64,000 nt of DNA from Octopus vulgaris (lineage: Eukaryota), in contig OX597820.1 of the NCBI GenBank assembly GCA_951406725.2, positions 64,170,001-64,234,000 of the forward strand, written 5' to 3'. Below the pieces are notes generated by a model that saw only the letters and a program-made list of their open reading frames with translations, made no database searches and had not been told where the DNA came from. The translations under genes were made by a program, and so were the position numbers. Positions 1 to 12,845 of this stretch are shown here, piece after piece; positions within the stretch are counted from its first letter, which is position 1; every line of letters starts with the position of its first letter.

Positions 1-617
1 CGGTCTATATTATGTTAGAGAATATTTCTCGTCCATTTATTGGGAACATTACACTAATTAAATGTCTAAATGTCTGAGGTGAGTTACTGCTAATAAGATT
101 ATAATTTTCGAACTATTAATCGAATATTTAAAGATCAAACGTTTTTACACACATCACATGGACATCGACACTTACATTTCGATCTGTTAGATTTTCGATC
201 GTGATCACGTGTATTCTTCCAGGTTATTTAATATAGACATGAGTGTTTCTCTACATCTTTTTTTTTAACTGATTTCCAGCTTCGAATCTTAGTCCGATAT
301 TGCATAATAAGCAGGATTCATTCGGCTGCGAGCAGAAAGCAGGTTGAACCTGAAAGTGTAGCTTTATGTTGATAAGTAAATAATGAGTAGCTCTCTCAGA
401 CTTCTCATTCTCTCAAACAAACACTCACGCATTCACATATATAAAATCAGCGGGTTCGAGAAATAATATATATTTATGTCACTAAGTGATTTCCATACGA
501 TTACACCCGTTTCACAAGCTTTCTCACGTGACATTAATTTCAGCATGCAAGAAATTATAAGTACATGCTTGCAGTAATATATCTGCTCGCTCAGCATTAT
601 GCAGTGCAATAATATAT

Positions 618-1474
618 CACAAAAGTACAGTTCCCCAAATTACTGTAGAGCTTAATCACCACCGCGAGAACCCAGTTTCCACAAAAACTGTTCGCCGGGA
701 GCAGCACAAAGCCGGATTTCACGGGAAGGCTGCAATCAAGAAACCACTACGTTCAAAAACAAACGTTGCAAAGCGTTTAGAGTGGAGTAAAAACCTACAA
801 AATTGGACGCTAGAGCAGCAGAAGAATGCTATTTTCTCGGACGAGTCATCTTTTACCATATTTCCGACCACCGGCCGAGTATACGCGAAGAGGTAGCAAA
901 AAGAAGCGTTTGACCCAGACTGCCTTCTTCTAACTATTATATATGGAGATGGATCTGTGAAGATCTGGGGTGGGACTATATCTTGGAAATCTGCCGGCCC
1001 AATGGTTTCCCTTGATGGCAGAATTAATAGATAAGACTATTTAAGCATGTTATCTGGACAAAATTCATCCTATGTTTGTGGAAGTGTTTCTGGAGAGAAA
1101 TGCAATCCTTCAGGATGATAATGCACCAATTCACACAGCTAAAATTGTTACTGAATGGCACGAGGAACATTTTAGTGAAGTTGAGCATCATATCTAACCA
1201 CAACATTCCTCGGATCTCAATATTATTGAATATTTATGGTGTATTTTAGAAGAACAATTAAGGATTCGATAACCTCCACCATCATCATTATAAGAATTGG
1301 AGGCTGTTTTAGCTGAAGAATGGACAAAAATTCCTTTAGAAACAATTCAAACTTTTGTACGAGTCCATACCTCGTAGATTTCAAGCAGTAATTGCTGCCA
1401 AGTGCAGTACAACTACATGTTAAAATTAATTTGTTTGAAATTTTAAGGTGTTTCCATTATTTTGTCCAATCCCT
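618..1474 (+). mobile_element. 5'-truncated Tc1-like DNA transposon remnant (dead transposase, DD36E spacing) with 3' TIR
   Basis: Manual translation gives VSTKTVRREQHKAGFHGKAAIKKP...IFSDESSF...GSVKIWG...QDDNAPIHTAKIVTEW...SDLNIIEYLW with stops and frameshifts. It ends in ttttgtccaatccctg, a Tc1-type terminus. No 5' TIR seen. Confidence 0.9.
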
Positions 1475-1482
1475 GTGTATAT

Positions 1483-1565
<83 letters not shown>

Positions 1566-2121
1566 GTTCCAATACTTTAAACGCAGTTCTGTCTCAAAAG
1601 ACATTACCTGCGGCAAATGGACAACAAAACAACTAACAAAGACAACGCGACGAAAGCTACAAATATTTCCATGTTGATGTTTTGTTAGCTTTCAAATTGC
1701 TATTGTTACTTCTGTTTGGAAACTATATAAATTTTAATCAAATATTCTTATCAATTTTTATTTTTAAATATATGCTATAATTTCAGACAGACTCTGATAG
1801 GTGTATTGGTTTTTTGTCTTTGATGATATTCTCGGTGTTTTTAGCTGTTATTTTCCTGGGTTTTTATTTGTTCTAAATTTAAAAATTGCTATCCTAGTTA
1901 TCACTTCTTATTGTAATTAGATTATCTGCTGTGGCTGTTATGCTGTTTTTGTACTTTTTCTAAAGTTGTTTTGTTTGGGTGCGTATACATATATATAGAC
2001 ACACAGAAACATACATACGTAACTAGAGATAGACAGATCGACAGATAGATAAATAGAAAGAAACATATATATATGCATACACATATACATGTGTATATAA
2101 GTATATATATATACATATACA

Positions 2122-2205
<84 letters not shown>

Positions 2206-2697
2206 TATGTATGTATATATATATACATACACGCATATGCATTTTGTATTCGGTTTCAAGTATACATATTTAAAAGAATTTGTTTTCTCTTCTAAGAACT
2301 CTCTCACTAACCGTTCTTCTCTCTCGACAATCATCTCTTTTTCACCAACTCACCTCCCTCCACTCTCTCTTTCTCTTCCTCTCTCTCTCTCCCTCTCCCT
2401 CTCTCTTTCTCTCTGCATCTCTAACTATCACACTGCTTGCCGGTAGCAATAATTCCTATTTAGGAATGTTTTTGGTGATTTCGTTGTTAATATCTTTTTA
2501 GTTCTCATTTAATTATTATTTCTTATTATAGTCATCTTTTTTTCACTATTCCAAAATTAGCAGTTGTTCGTACATGATGCTTTAGGATACACAATTGCTC
2601 TTATACATGTTTAAATCTATATTTGTATACATGTGTGTATGTGCGTTAGTATATACACACAAAATGTATGACTATTTGTAGAAGTGCTTTCATATAT

Positions 2698-2750
<53 letters not shown>

Positions 2751-2917
2751 TGGGTGGGTGTACATATGTATATGCATATACATACATGTATACAACATAT
2801 AAGTATGCGTATGTATGTATGATAAGAAGTGTGTATATATATATATATTTGTATGTTTGGATGTATGATAAATTATAAGAAATGTATATATATATATATA
2901 TGTATAGATAGATAGAC

Positions 2918-2979
<62 letters not shown>

Positions 2980-3379
2980 GCAGATAGACAGACAGACAGA
3001 CAGACAAATTGATAGATAGATAGAGATATATAGTTAGATTGTAGATAGAGAGAGAGGGAAAGATAAACAAGTAGATAGATAGATAGAAAGAGAGGTAGAT
3101 AAATGGATAGATGGATAGATATACCTTATACATGAACACACACACAGCATACACCGTTTCAAATACACATGTATACATAATTGCTTATATGCTTATATAC
3201 ACACGTACATATTCACATGCATACACATACATACATGCATACATACATACATACATACATATATACATACATGCATACATGCATACATGCATACATACAC
3301 ACATACATACATACATACATACATACATACATACATACATACATACATACATACATACATACATACATGCATATAGTAA

Positions 3380-3560
3380 AACTATTGGATAGTTGGACAC
3401 TATCATCAGATGCAGACTGGAAACTGAATTCACCAGCCACCAGCTTCGCGGGTATGATAGATTCTCCAAACGACAGCATGTGAATCGCCGCCGAGAAACA
3501 CCAACAAGAAAACAGATCGCCCTGAAACCTTTTCTACGAGACGTACGTGATAAACTTTGC
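3380..3560 (+). mobile_element. possible highly decayed RTE-clade LINE fragment
   Basis: DSWTLSSDADWKLNS resembles the RTE post-RT motif (ESWTL...KL). Short and degenerate. Confidence 0.25.
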
Positions 3561-3994
3561 TACTGTAAGAAATTACATGAACGCAAAACGATATATACTA
3601 TAAGATTGCCCGAAACACTAAATCTGTATAACGCTGTATTATAGATCATACTGTCAATGTTACAAATGTTCCACCCCAGGTGTATCTTGATTCATTATGG
3701 AAGTATGTAACTAAACAACAAAATCTACGATTCAGTTCAGTTAAAGAAATTACGATATGAGTACTGTGTAAATGTCTTTCCCAAAACATATGACATCACC
3801 TATCAAACCCTCTCCCGCTAATAGTCAATACTAAACTATCGAAAAGAAAATCACCTAAAAGATGCCTGATAGTAGGTTATTAGTGCAAAATGTCCACATC
3901 AACAGGCTCTGGATATACGGAACTCGAAGCTGTCTACAATACATTCAATATAAGGTTTTCTCAAAATGCTTTTGCTGTTTACTATTTTTACTGT

Positions 3995-4200
3995 TTAACT
4001 CTTTTACTTGTTTCAGGCATTTGACTGTGACCATGCTGGAGCACCACCTTTATTCGAACAAATAGACAACTGGACTTATTCTTCGTAAGCCTAGTATTTA
4101 TTCTATCGGTCTCTTTTACCGAACCGCTAGGTTACGGGGTCATAAACACACCAGCATCGATGTTGGGGTGACAAACACAGACGCACAAACATATACACAC

Positions 4201-4256
<56 letters not shown>

Positions 4257-4418
4257 GACGGGCTTCTTTCGGTTTCCGTCTACCAAATCCACTCACAAGG
4301 TTTTGGTCGGCCCGAGGCAATAGTAGAAGGCACTTGCCCAAGGTGCGACGCAGTGGGACTGAACCCGGAAGCATGTGGTTTCTAAGCAAGCTACTTAGCA
4401 CGCAGCTACTCCTGTGCC
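3995..4418 (-). mobile_element. tRNA-derived SINE, family A (full length)
   Basis: Reverse complement has a tRNA-like head (GGTTCAGTCCC B box), a central (TA)n and the tail GGTGCTCCAGCATGG...GAAACAAGTAAAAGAG shared with about 10 other copies here. Confidence 0.9.
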
Positions 4419-5631
4419 ATTTCTAGTACCAACGTTTGAAATAGTAGCGTGGACAGCTCGTTGGTATCTGCAAAACTAGAAAGATACTGACTATGAGTGG
4501 TAACATTCGCATCGTCATGGACTATGTAAGACGTAGAGATGGTTACAAAGCGTAGGATCAGTTCAAACGGCCTTTGAGTATCACATCGGATTACTCAGGA
4601 TAACAGTAAAGAGAGAAGCGTGTAAACAGTAAAGAGAGAAAGATGCGTACTCAAAAGTGAGAACAACTCATATGCAGGTATACAGAGTGCACAAAGGCCT
4701 CATGTGTTGCAAAGGAAGATTAGAGAAGCATTCAGGAGAAACATTCATTGTACCAGTAGAAAACAATACTTGAATACGTATCCCGAAACTGGAATATAAC
4801 CACCTCTTTGACAGGACGAGTAATCGCTCCTTGATCAGTGATAAATACATTGCAACCAACCCAAAGGATATACCTTAACTAACTAGGAACAAAGATTAGT
4901 TACTAAAAAACTACTAAATATCTGATAGGCAAGAGACACAAAGCTGACCACGAAGGTATACGTTGTGATAGATGATATACGTTGTACTATACCAGTGTCT
5001 GTAAGATATTTGCGGCAGCTGATGATCTATGCTGTAGATATGATGTAGTTGTTAAACTATTTGCAATGCTATCAGAAATAAGGATTGCCCTGATAAATAT
5101 ATCAAATGCATTTTCGAACCATAACGTATTTACATCAGAAATATTCCACTAAAAACAGCAATCCATTGCAAACACAACAGACCCGATATTGTTTTATTGA
5201 ACAGGGTATAAAAGTCATGCACTGCTGTAGAGGTTCTTAAACCGGCAAATGTGAATATACCGTCAACATTTCGAGGAAAAAAGAACACTTGTGGTAAACA
5301 AATGCGGAAGTTACAGCTCTTGTACTCTGGTTATTGATTTGCAACTAAAGCCATGATCATAGATACTTTAGACTATGTATATACGGATTCACACACAAAA
5401 AAATAACCCGTCAGTTGCCAAGGTTTTGTCTAAAGAAAGAGAGCAAAAGCAGTTGACGCGCCTTCTCTAAATTAAATTTGTTTGCGGCATAGTCAAATTT
5501 TGCAACGCATTTCGACAACTCTCCATTTGAGATTCTTTAAATGAACCTTGGTTGGGTGCATCTACAAGGCTATTTATATAAAATGCAATCATTCACACAC
5601 ACAAACATACAGACACACATATAAATATATA

Positions 5632-5859
5632 CAGGGTGCGGCAGAAATTTTGCATCGATTTTAAAGGTTAATTAAAACAAACATATAAAGATGCATGAAA
5701 AACTTTTGTATTTCTATGAAGTTCATTAAATGCCATTTTTTTCTGTTTTAATTAATATTCAATATGGCCCGGAGTGGAGAGTATCGTTTGCTCTTGTATC
5801 TTCATGTGTTTATTTTTTATAAACCTTTGAAATCGAGGCAACCTTTTTGCCGCGCCCTG
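5632..5859. mobile_element. Tc1/mariner-type MITE (~228 bp)
   Basis: TA-flanked, with ~38 bp imperfect TIRs cagggtgcggcagaaattttgcatcgattttaaaggtt / aacctttgaaatcgaggcaacctttttgccgcgccctg. Confidence 0.85.
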
Positions 5860-5875
5860 TATATATATACATATA

Positions 5876-6030
5876 TACGACGGGTTTCTTAATATTTCTG
5901 TCTATCACATCCACCCAAACAGTTTTGGGTAGTCTAGAGCTGTTGTAGTAAAAAGGTGACGATAATGTCACGCAGTGAGACTGAACCTAGAACTATGTAT
6001 TTGGGAAACAAGCTTCTTCATACACGTAGC
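5876..6030 (-). mobile_element. diverged 5' half of SINE family A
   Basis: atacgacgggtttctt...cacgcagtgagactgaacctagaac matches the family A head. Confidence 0.7.
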
Positions 6031-7354
6031 TACGGTGTATAGCGGAGTGGGTGTATGCTATATAGGCAAAAAATTAAAATGAATAGATCAGAATGAACAG
6101 ACACGATTTGCAGCCTAATCGAGTAAAAATATTTTTCTCCGGACTTTATCAACACAGAAACATAAATATGAGAGTTATGGTGAAAAACAAGAAAAGCAAC
6201 AACGACGATGATGACATAGATTTCTTTGGCATACGTACGCTGGATGAAAATATAAACCGAAACATTTCTGAAAGTGACAGTTTGGCCTACGGTGCTTGTT
6301 TAACGGAAAAATTGGACATGACAAAATTACATAAAATTACATGACAAAATTACAAGTAGTCTAGCAGAATTATGACAAACGATACTGCCTCTCGTTGCCT
6401 CATGAATTCATCGATGAACTGTCGAGGAGAATACTCACATATTTCTGCGAATTAAAATATGGCAGCAACTTTGATTTGCCCTCAAACGGTAAACTGAAGA
6501 TTCTTTCTGTAAGAGGGGGTGAAAAAACAAAAAAAAAGAATGTTACTCAACAGTCTGCCTGGAATTTTGAACTCAGAACACAACACAATAAAGAAACATT
6601 TAATGTGAATTCACACTCACTTTGGCATTGCTGTTACAATGTTTTGACCAAATCAAAACAAATGTGACTATCAGAGATTTCGGCCAAAAAAACTGACTCA
6701 TGGTTCGCGGTCGTATTTGTATTTGCTGCAGAACAGGCTCGATTTACAATGATCCCCGAAATACTAGTTAGTCATACTGAGAGTTTGGTATTCAGGTGTG
6801 GATATATACGATGGGTATGCGACTGATATTTCAGAGGAAAAGTCTGTCTTGTAAGATAGTTGTAGCAAGAGATTCATTACGGCACATTTCCATAAAAACC
6901 TGCAAAATTGCAAGAGGTTATAAGGTGGCAGAGAGTTTCATGTTTCAGCGCCTGAAACATCTTCAGTCTTGGTCGCTGAAATGGTAGCAAACAGATAATC
7001 TACCATCGCAGCCACCAACATAACCTCGTCGTTTCATGAGGAAGAGAAAATGGAAAATGAAAGAAAGGGACAGTTGAAATAGTCTAAAACGAAAGCGATT
7101 AAAATGCTTGGTTTCACACAGCTAGTTGGAAGAGCTAAAGAGAAACGTAATATATGAATGAAAGATGCTTCATTTCAATCAGCCTAGTGGTCTTTTTTTG
7201 ACGATATTAAGCATGTAATGTGGATACTGCCCCAGAAATACTTTCAGTCCCTACCTCAGCTTTGTAGGGATTTGGTAATTGTTGGTGGATGAAATATTTT
7301 GTGGCACTAAAGACAAGAGTCAGGCATTGACAAAGAAACTATTCAGCATACTTG

Positions 7355-7747
7355 GGCTCAGGAGTTGCTGTGTGTTAAGTAGCTTGCTTACCAACCACAT
7401 GGTTCCGGGTTCAGTCCCACTGCATGTCATCTTGGGCAGGTCTCTTCTACTATAGCCTCGGGCCGACAAAAGCCTAGTGAGTCGATTTCGTTGACGGAAA
7501 CGGAAAGAAGCTCGTCGTATATATGTGTGTGTATGCTTGTGTGTCTCTGTTTGACACTCCAACATCGCTTGGCCACCGATGCTGGTGTGTTTATGTCCCC
7601 GTAACTTAGCGGTTCGGCTAAAGAGACTAATAGAATATGTACTAGGCTTACAAATAATAAATACCGGAGTCGATTTGCTCGGCTAAAGATGGTGCTCCAG
7701 CATGTCCGCAGTCAAATGACTGAAACAAGTAAAAGAGTAAAGGAGTA
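7355..7747 (+). mobile_element. tRNA-derived SINE, family A (full length)
   Basis: Head ...gtagcttgcttaccaaccacatggttccgggttcagtccc; tail ...gactgaaacaagtaaaagagtaa. Confidence 0.92.
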
Positions 7748-7799
7748 TACTTATACGTGAATCACACCACCAAAGTCTTTTTCTTTACCTTACGGTGAT

Positions 7800-8300
7800 A
7801 TTAGCTTTTAATAATCATTCTCCATCCGTTTCTGATCTGCTATGTTCTCTTGTTCCCCAGGGGGAACGAATCCCTGGCATCTACCTGCAATACCCAAATC
7901 TAGGAAATTCTTAATTGACCTCATCTCTGTTTCTTTGCGGATTCTATACAAAGGGCCTAGATTGCGCTAGTTACTGTTTTACATAGTGTGCGCATACAAT
8001 CCATTTCCTCTTCCTTCATATTTTTCTCTTACTGACTAGAAAGCAGGTGGACAATCGAAGACCCTCTTTACGGATTGCATATATTCAACATATACAGAGG
8101 CAATCATTTACGGAAGCCTACTTTAGCATCGTTTACGTAGGTCTGCACCTTCCTGCATGTAATATTCAGAGTGCCGCAAGATTCTGCATCATAAAGGATG
8201 ACCAATCAGATTGGATTTAAGCAATCCCATTTTCTAGACCTTTTCAGAATGTGCTCTCTGTATTCACGCACGCTCTATTACCGATTGTTTATCTCGAGAA
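7800..8300 (-). mobile_element. decayed RTE-clade LINE 3' end
   Basis: Minus strand shows remnants of RKW..HT...QAL.(W)NPQ...RG and DR.GWR, typical of the RTE ORF C-terminus. Confidence 0.45.
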
Positions 8301-8759
8301 AATCATTATATTACGTCGCAGTCGTTTAATTCCCTTTTCCTATCTGAAAGAGTATACCTCTAATTACAGATCTAAAGTATAGCATTTTATGTTTTTCTCA
8401 GATACAAATTAGTCAACGAGCTCCTGTCATGATCATCCTATTCATTTTTTTGTATCAGACACTACGTTATCCAAGTCTCGTTTGAGACTTCAGTGTGTAA
8501 TTTGGTTTTACGTGAGTTTGGTTGATATTTCGAATGCAACGTCTGGTCATACTCTACATGACTGTAAAATACCATGAACAGTAAAGCACCAAACGAAGCA
8601 ATCTTCATTCTCAAAGTCCAATTCTCATTAATCCAACGATACAATAAATATTACTGTTTTATCCTGAAAGTCAGTGGGTTGCACAGAAATTTTATGGATA
8701 CTATCAAAATCAGCACTTTCAAGTGACCAACGAAATCACGAATAACATGACATATCTGT

Positions 8760-9000
8760 CGACGTTGCCGATAATAGCACCAAGACAACACCTAACTTGA
8801 AGGTAATACAACACTGCTGCCGACGACACCAACACGAACATCACTCACCACAACTACCCCAACACCAATGTAACTCTACTATGAATATCACAACCACTAA
8901 ACACCATCATAACCACCACCACCACCATCAACGCAACCGCTTCTAAACCAACAACAGCACAGTCATCAATACCAACGCTGCACCCAAGTAAACAGCACTA
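8760..9000 (+). repeat. degenerate (CAA/CAC)n low-complexity tract
   Basis: Runs of acc/aac/cac triplets without a long ORF. Confidence 0.6.
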
Positions 9001-9037
9001 TACATACATACATTCACACAAACACAAACACACACAC

Positions 9038-9091
<54 letters not shown>

Positions 9092-9113
9092 CTATCGATA
9101 TATATATCTATCC

Positions 9114-9197
<84 letters not shown>

Positions 9198-9969
9198 AAC
9201 CACAAAAGCTAATGATAACACTGATTACCCATTTAAGCATATAATACTATAAACATAAATAGAACACCAAAATTACCATTAATGCTTCTTCGGCCTCCAC
9301 CATCGCTATTACCACAATCACGAAAGCCATCTTAAACAGTGACGTTATATTTACCTCATCACAACTATATGTATGTCATATAATATATAAGAGCACTGTA
9401 AAAAAATGTTCTTTTATTATGAACATCATCTTCCTGGCGCCATCAACACTAAAATTAACGGAGTAATCATTGCGGTTAACATTGAAAAGTCAACGAAACT
9501 ACAACAGCCAATCAAAGAAAGTTTTAAAGTCTACCATCAAAAAATTCAACAAGCAATCATCTACGTAGTTTATCGCACTGCTAGAAGTGGCAGAAAAAAC
9601 CTCCCTCAAAACCAGTGACGGCTCGTAGATAAAATTAGTGGTGGTGTTGCTTCATAAAATTTTTAACCGTTTTAATAATGTGCAAAAGGTAACAAACATA
9701 AAAAAGAATATTTATACATAAACTTGATCGGCTTGGGTTTTAGCCACTGCGGGGTAGTTTGTTTAATTTGTTCATTGAACATCGCCGCGAATTCCCCTTT
9801 GTTTCTTTTCAAAAATCACCCTAAATCATAAAATAAGGTGGTGCTGGTGGTGGTGCGGGAATATGTTCTATTTTTAAAATCCTGGCAGCAACACTATAGC
9901 TGGAAGCAGGATAATAATCTAATTCTACACCTTATCACATTCAAGAATGTAAACATATTTTGAAGTACA

Positions 9970-10125
9970 ACGCACGTGGAGTCAAATAGAAAAACTACAA
10001 TTCACCAGTACACCAGGGTCGGCACTACGTGAACGACAGTGCTCTCTCTCTCTCTCTTCCTAGCGTGTAGCTTCCTCTTTCGGACATGTGAGCATGCGCA
10101 CAGCTGCCAAACACCGCACAGTTCC
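9970..10125 (+). promoter_or_regulatory. candidate Pol II promoter
   Basis: Locally CpG-rich unique DNA with E-box CACGTG (9973), ACTACAATTCACCAG resembling the ZNF143/THAP11 motif (9994), a (CT)n tract, NRF1-like TGAGCATGCGCA (10089) and Inr-like ACAGTT (10118). Confidence 0.3.
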
Positions 10126-10923
10126 ATACAAGGAATTTTGTACTTTTTTTAATAAACTAGGAGAAGGTTACTGATATTAAGCTTAAGAATAATATAATGA
10201 ACAAATATAAAGAAGGAATTAAAGACAAAACGACTCATTGTATTGAATGTTATCAATAATATCGAGTGGAAATAGGCAATTCCGCAGTTCGTATACAGGA
10301 TCCACCACTGTCCAAACCACACTCCCGCGTCTCAAAAGCACAAACAAAGAAGTCACTCTCTGGATACTGTTGTCCTGGGATCGTTGTATATAAGAAAATA
10401 ATGTAGGAAGATGTTGGGTAGAGTACTTTTTCATTCAAGGTGTGTTCTATCAGCGTTGACGTGGGCGGCAAACGACAGCAACAATAACAAAAAATTGCCA
10501 CAATGAACCCCTGGCTGTAGACCAATATGCAAACCAGTATTTCTACGAAAATCAACGTTATCATCATCAGAACTATCCCATCCAACACCGTCCAAAAAAC
10601 AAGTTAAAAGACACCAATAACAGCAACAACAAAAACCTGTCGGGATATAAATATACCGACATCACTGAGATCTGCAAAACTTTCGTTAAAAAATAAAATT
10701 AAAACTAAAAAGAAGTATTTTTCGTTAGAATGTATATAATTTTACAGTATTTCGAGGAACTTAATAAATTGAAATCAGTGGAGTGTAAAGTTGAAATAAA
10801 AGTTGAAGAAATTAGAGAGATTAAATTAAGATTTTTACATTTACTCTGATATATTTATAACGATTAAATGAAAGGAAAATGCTAAAGCAAAATTATAAAA
10901 TAAAAGACAAAAAAAAAATTGAA

Positions 10924-11036
10924 ATGAGCCGCCGCAATGAATATTCAACACAAAGAGTGGAATTATATTATATTTCCTGCTTAAATCATCATACGAGATG
11001 TACGAGTGCAGTCTTGGATGTTATTCATGTATCTGT
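10924..11036 (+). CDS. candidate first coding exon segment of an unknown gene ([37 protein letters not shown]...)
   Basis: ATG follows an A-rich UTR-like stretch and is open for 37 codons up to a consensus donor GTAAGT at 11037, just before an in-frame stop. No homology recognised. Confidence 0.2.
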
Positions 11037-11051
11037 GTAAGTGCGGCCGTA

Positions 11052-11087
<36 letters not shown>

Positions 11088-11228
11088 AGCGTGTGCTTGT
11101 GTATTTGCGCCTGTGTTGACTATGTTTTGCAAATAAATGGAGGAACAGGTGTTCCATTGCATACTGATTAGACTATACGCAATCGTGTACGCATATATAT
11201 ATATACATACATATTTATATATATATAC

Positions 11229-11287
<59 letters not shown>

Positions 11288-11331
11288 ATATATGAATGTA
11301 TATGTATATATGTATTATATATATAAATATG

Positions 11332-11362
<31 letters not shown>

Positions 11363-11380
11363 TATATATGTACTTAATAA

Positions 11381-11755
11381 TGGCTGTGTGGTAAGTAGCT
11401 TGCTTACCAACCACATGGATCTGGGTTCACGCACACTGCGTGGCACCTTCAGCAAGTGTTTTCCACGATAGCCTCTTGTGAGTGGATTTGTTAGACGGAA
11501 ACTGAAAGAAGCTCGTCGTATATTTGTATATATATATGAATGTATGTGTATATATGTTTGTTTGTCCAAGCAACATCGTTTTGCAACCGATGCTGGTGTG
11601 TTTACGTGCCCGTAACCTACAGGTTCGGCAAAAGAAACCGATATAAGTACTAGGCTTACAAAGAAGAAGTACTGGTGTCGATTTGCTCCACTAAAGGCGG
11701 TGCTCCAGCATGGCCGCACTTAAATGATTGAAACATGTAAAAGAGTAAAAGAGTA
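11381..11755 (+). mobile_element. SINE family A
   Basis: tggctgtgtggtaagtagcttgcttacc...ggcggtgctccagcatggccgca...gtaaaagagtaaaagagta. Confidence 0.92.
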
Positions 11756-11771
11756 TCTATATATGTATATT

Positions 11772-11835
11772 AAAGATGTCCTCGTACGAAACGATCGTAC
11801 CGAGATTTTAATCCATTCTTGTTGCTTTTTTCCTA
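11772..11835 (+). mobile_element. Penelope-like terminal fragment with 3' half of a minimal hammerhead ribozyme
   Basis: GAAA-CGATCG-TA at 11788-11799 (palindromic stem III plus GUA). The CUGANGA half is missing. Embedded between TA repeats. Confidence 0.45.
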
Positions 11836-12601
11836 TATATGTATATATATATATATATATACACATATATATGTATATGTATATGTTTGTATACATATAT
11901 GTATATAAATATATAACATATATATGCAAATATATATGTGTATATGCATGTATATATATAAGTGTGTGTGCATATATATATATTATTTATATATACTCAT
12001 ACACACATACATACATATATATATATATATACCCTTGTATGTGGATATGCCTATATGTATGTGCATGCATGTGTGTGTGCGTTTGTGCATATGTGTACAT
12101 TAGTTTGTGCGCATGTGCATGCGTGTGTATGTGTGCATGTGCGTGCGTGCGTGTGTGTATATGTGTGTTTGTGTGTGTGCCTTTGTGTGTGTTTGCGTGC
12201 ATCATGATTGTGTGTGAGAGAAAATAGCAGTTGGAAGAAATATTCAGCAAAAATATTGTGTGAAAATAGGAGTTTGGAGAAAGGAAGAGAGAGAGAGTGA
12301 TACGAAGAGAGAAAAGGAGATTGACAGAGATAGAGACAGACAGACAAAAGCAGACAGACAGAGATACGGAGAGAAGGATAGAGGGTGGGAGAAAGACAGA
12401 AGGGGAGTAAGAGAGAGAGAGAGAGAGAGAAAGAAAGAAATAGAGAGTGATAGAGTAAAAGAGAGAGAGAGAGCAAATGATAGGAATGATTGAAAACGCC
12501 AATAGCGAGGTACACACTAATAACGCATTAACATAGTTGCACGCTCTTCTCTATGTATACTTATGTGTGCGTGGCATAATCGTTGTATTTGTTTGTGTGA
12601 G

Positions 12602-12633
<32 letters not shown>

Positions 12634-12809
12634 TGTGTTTGTATGTATACATACATATACATATATATATGCACAAGTATATATGTGTGTGCGTATGTGT
12701 TTGTGCATGTATGTATGCATGAATGTACATATATATACATAATATTATAAATGATATATATATATATATGAATATATACATACGTATATTAACATACTTA
12801 CATTTATAC

Positions 12810-12845
<36 letters not shown>

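Noticed and set aside
10253-10588. 111-aa minus-strand ORF with a hydrophobic N-terminus and CYCCC
   Set aside because: Non-ATG start, hydrophobicity explained by T-rich antisense of an A-rich region, and no recognisable family.
10573-10662. Minus-strand signal-peptide-like ORF MSVYLYPDRFLLLLLLVSFNLFFGRCWMG
   Set aside because: Stops after 29 codons; the Leu run comes from (TTG)n.
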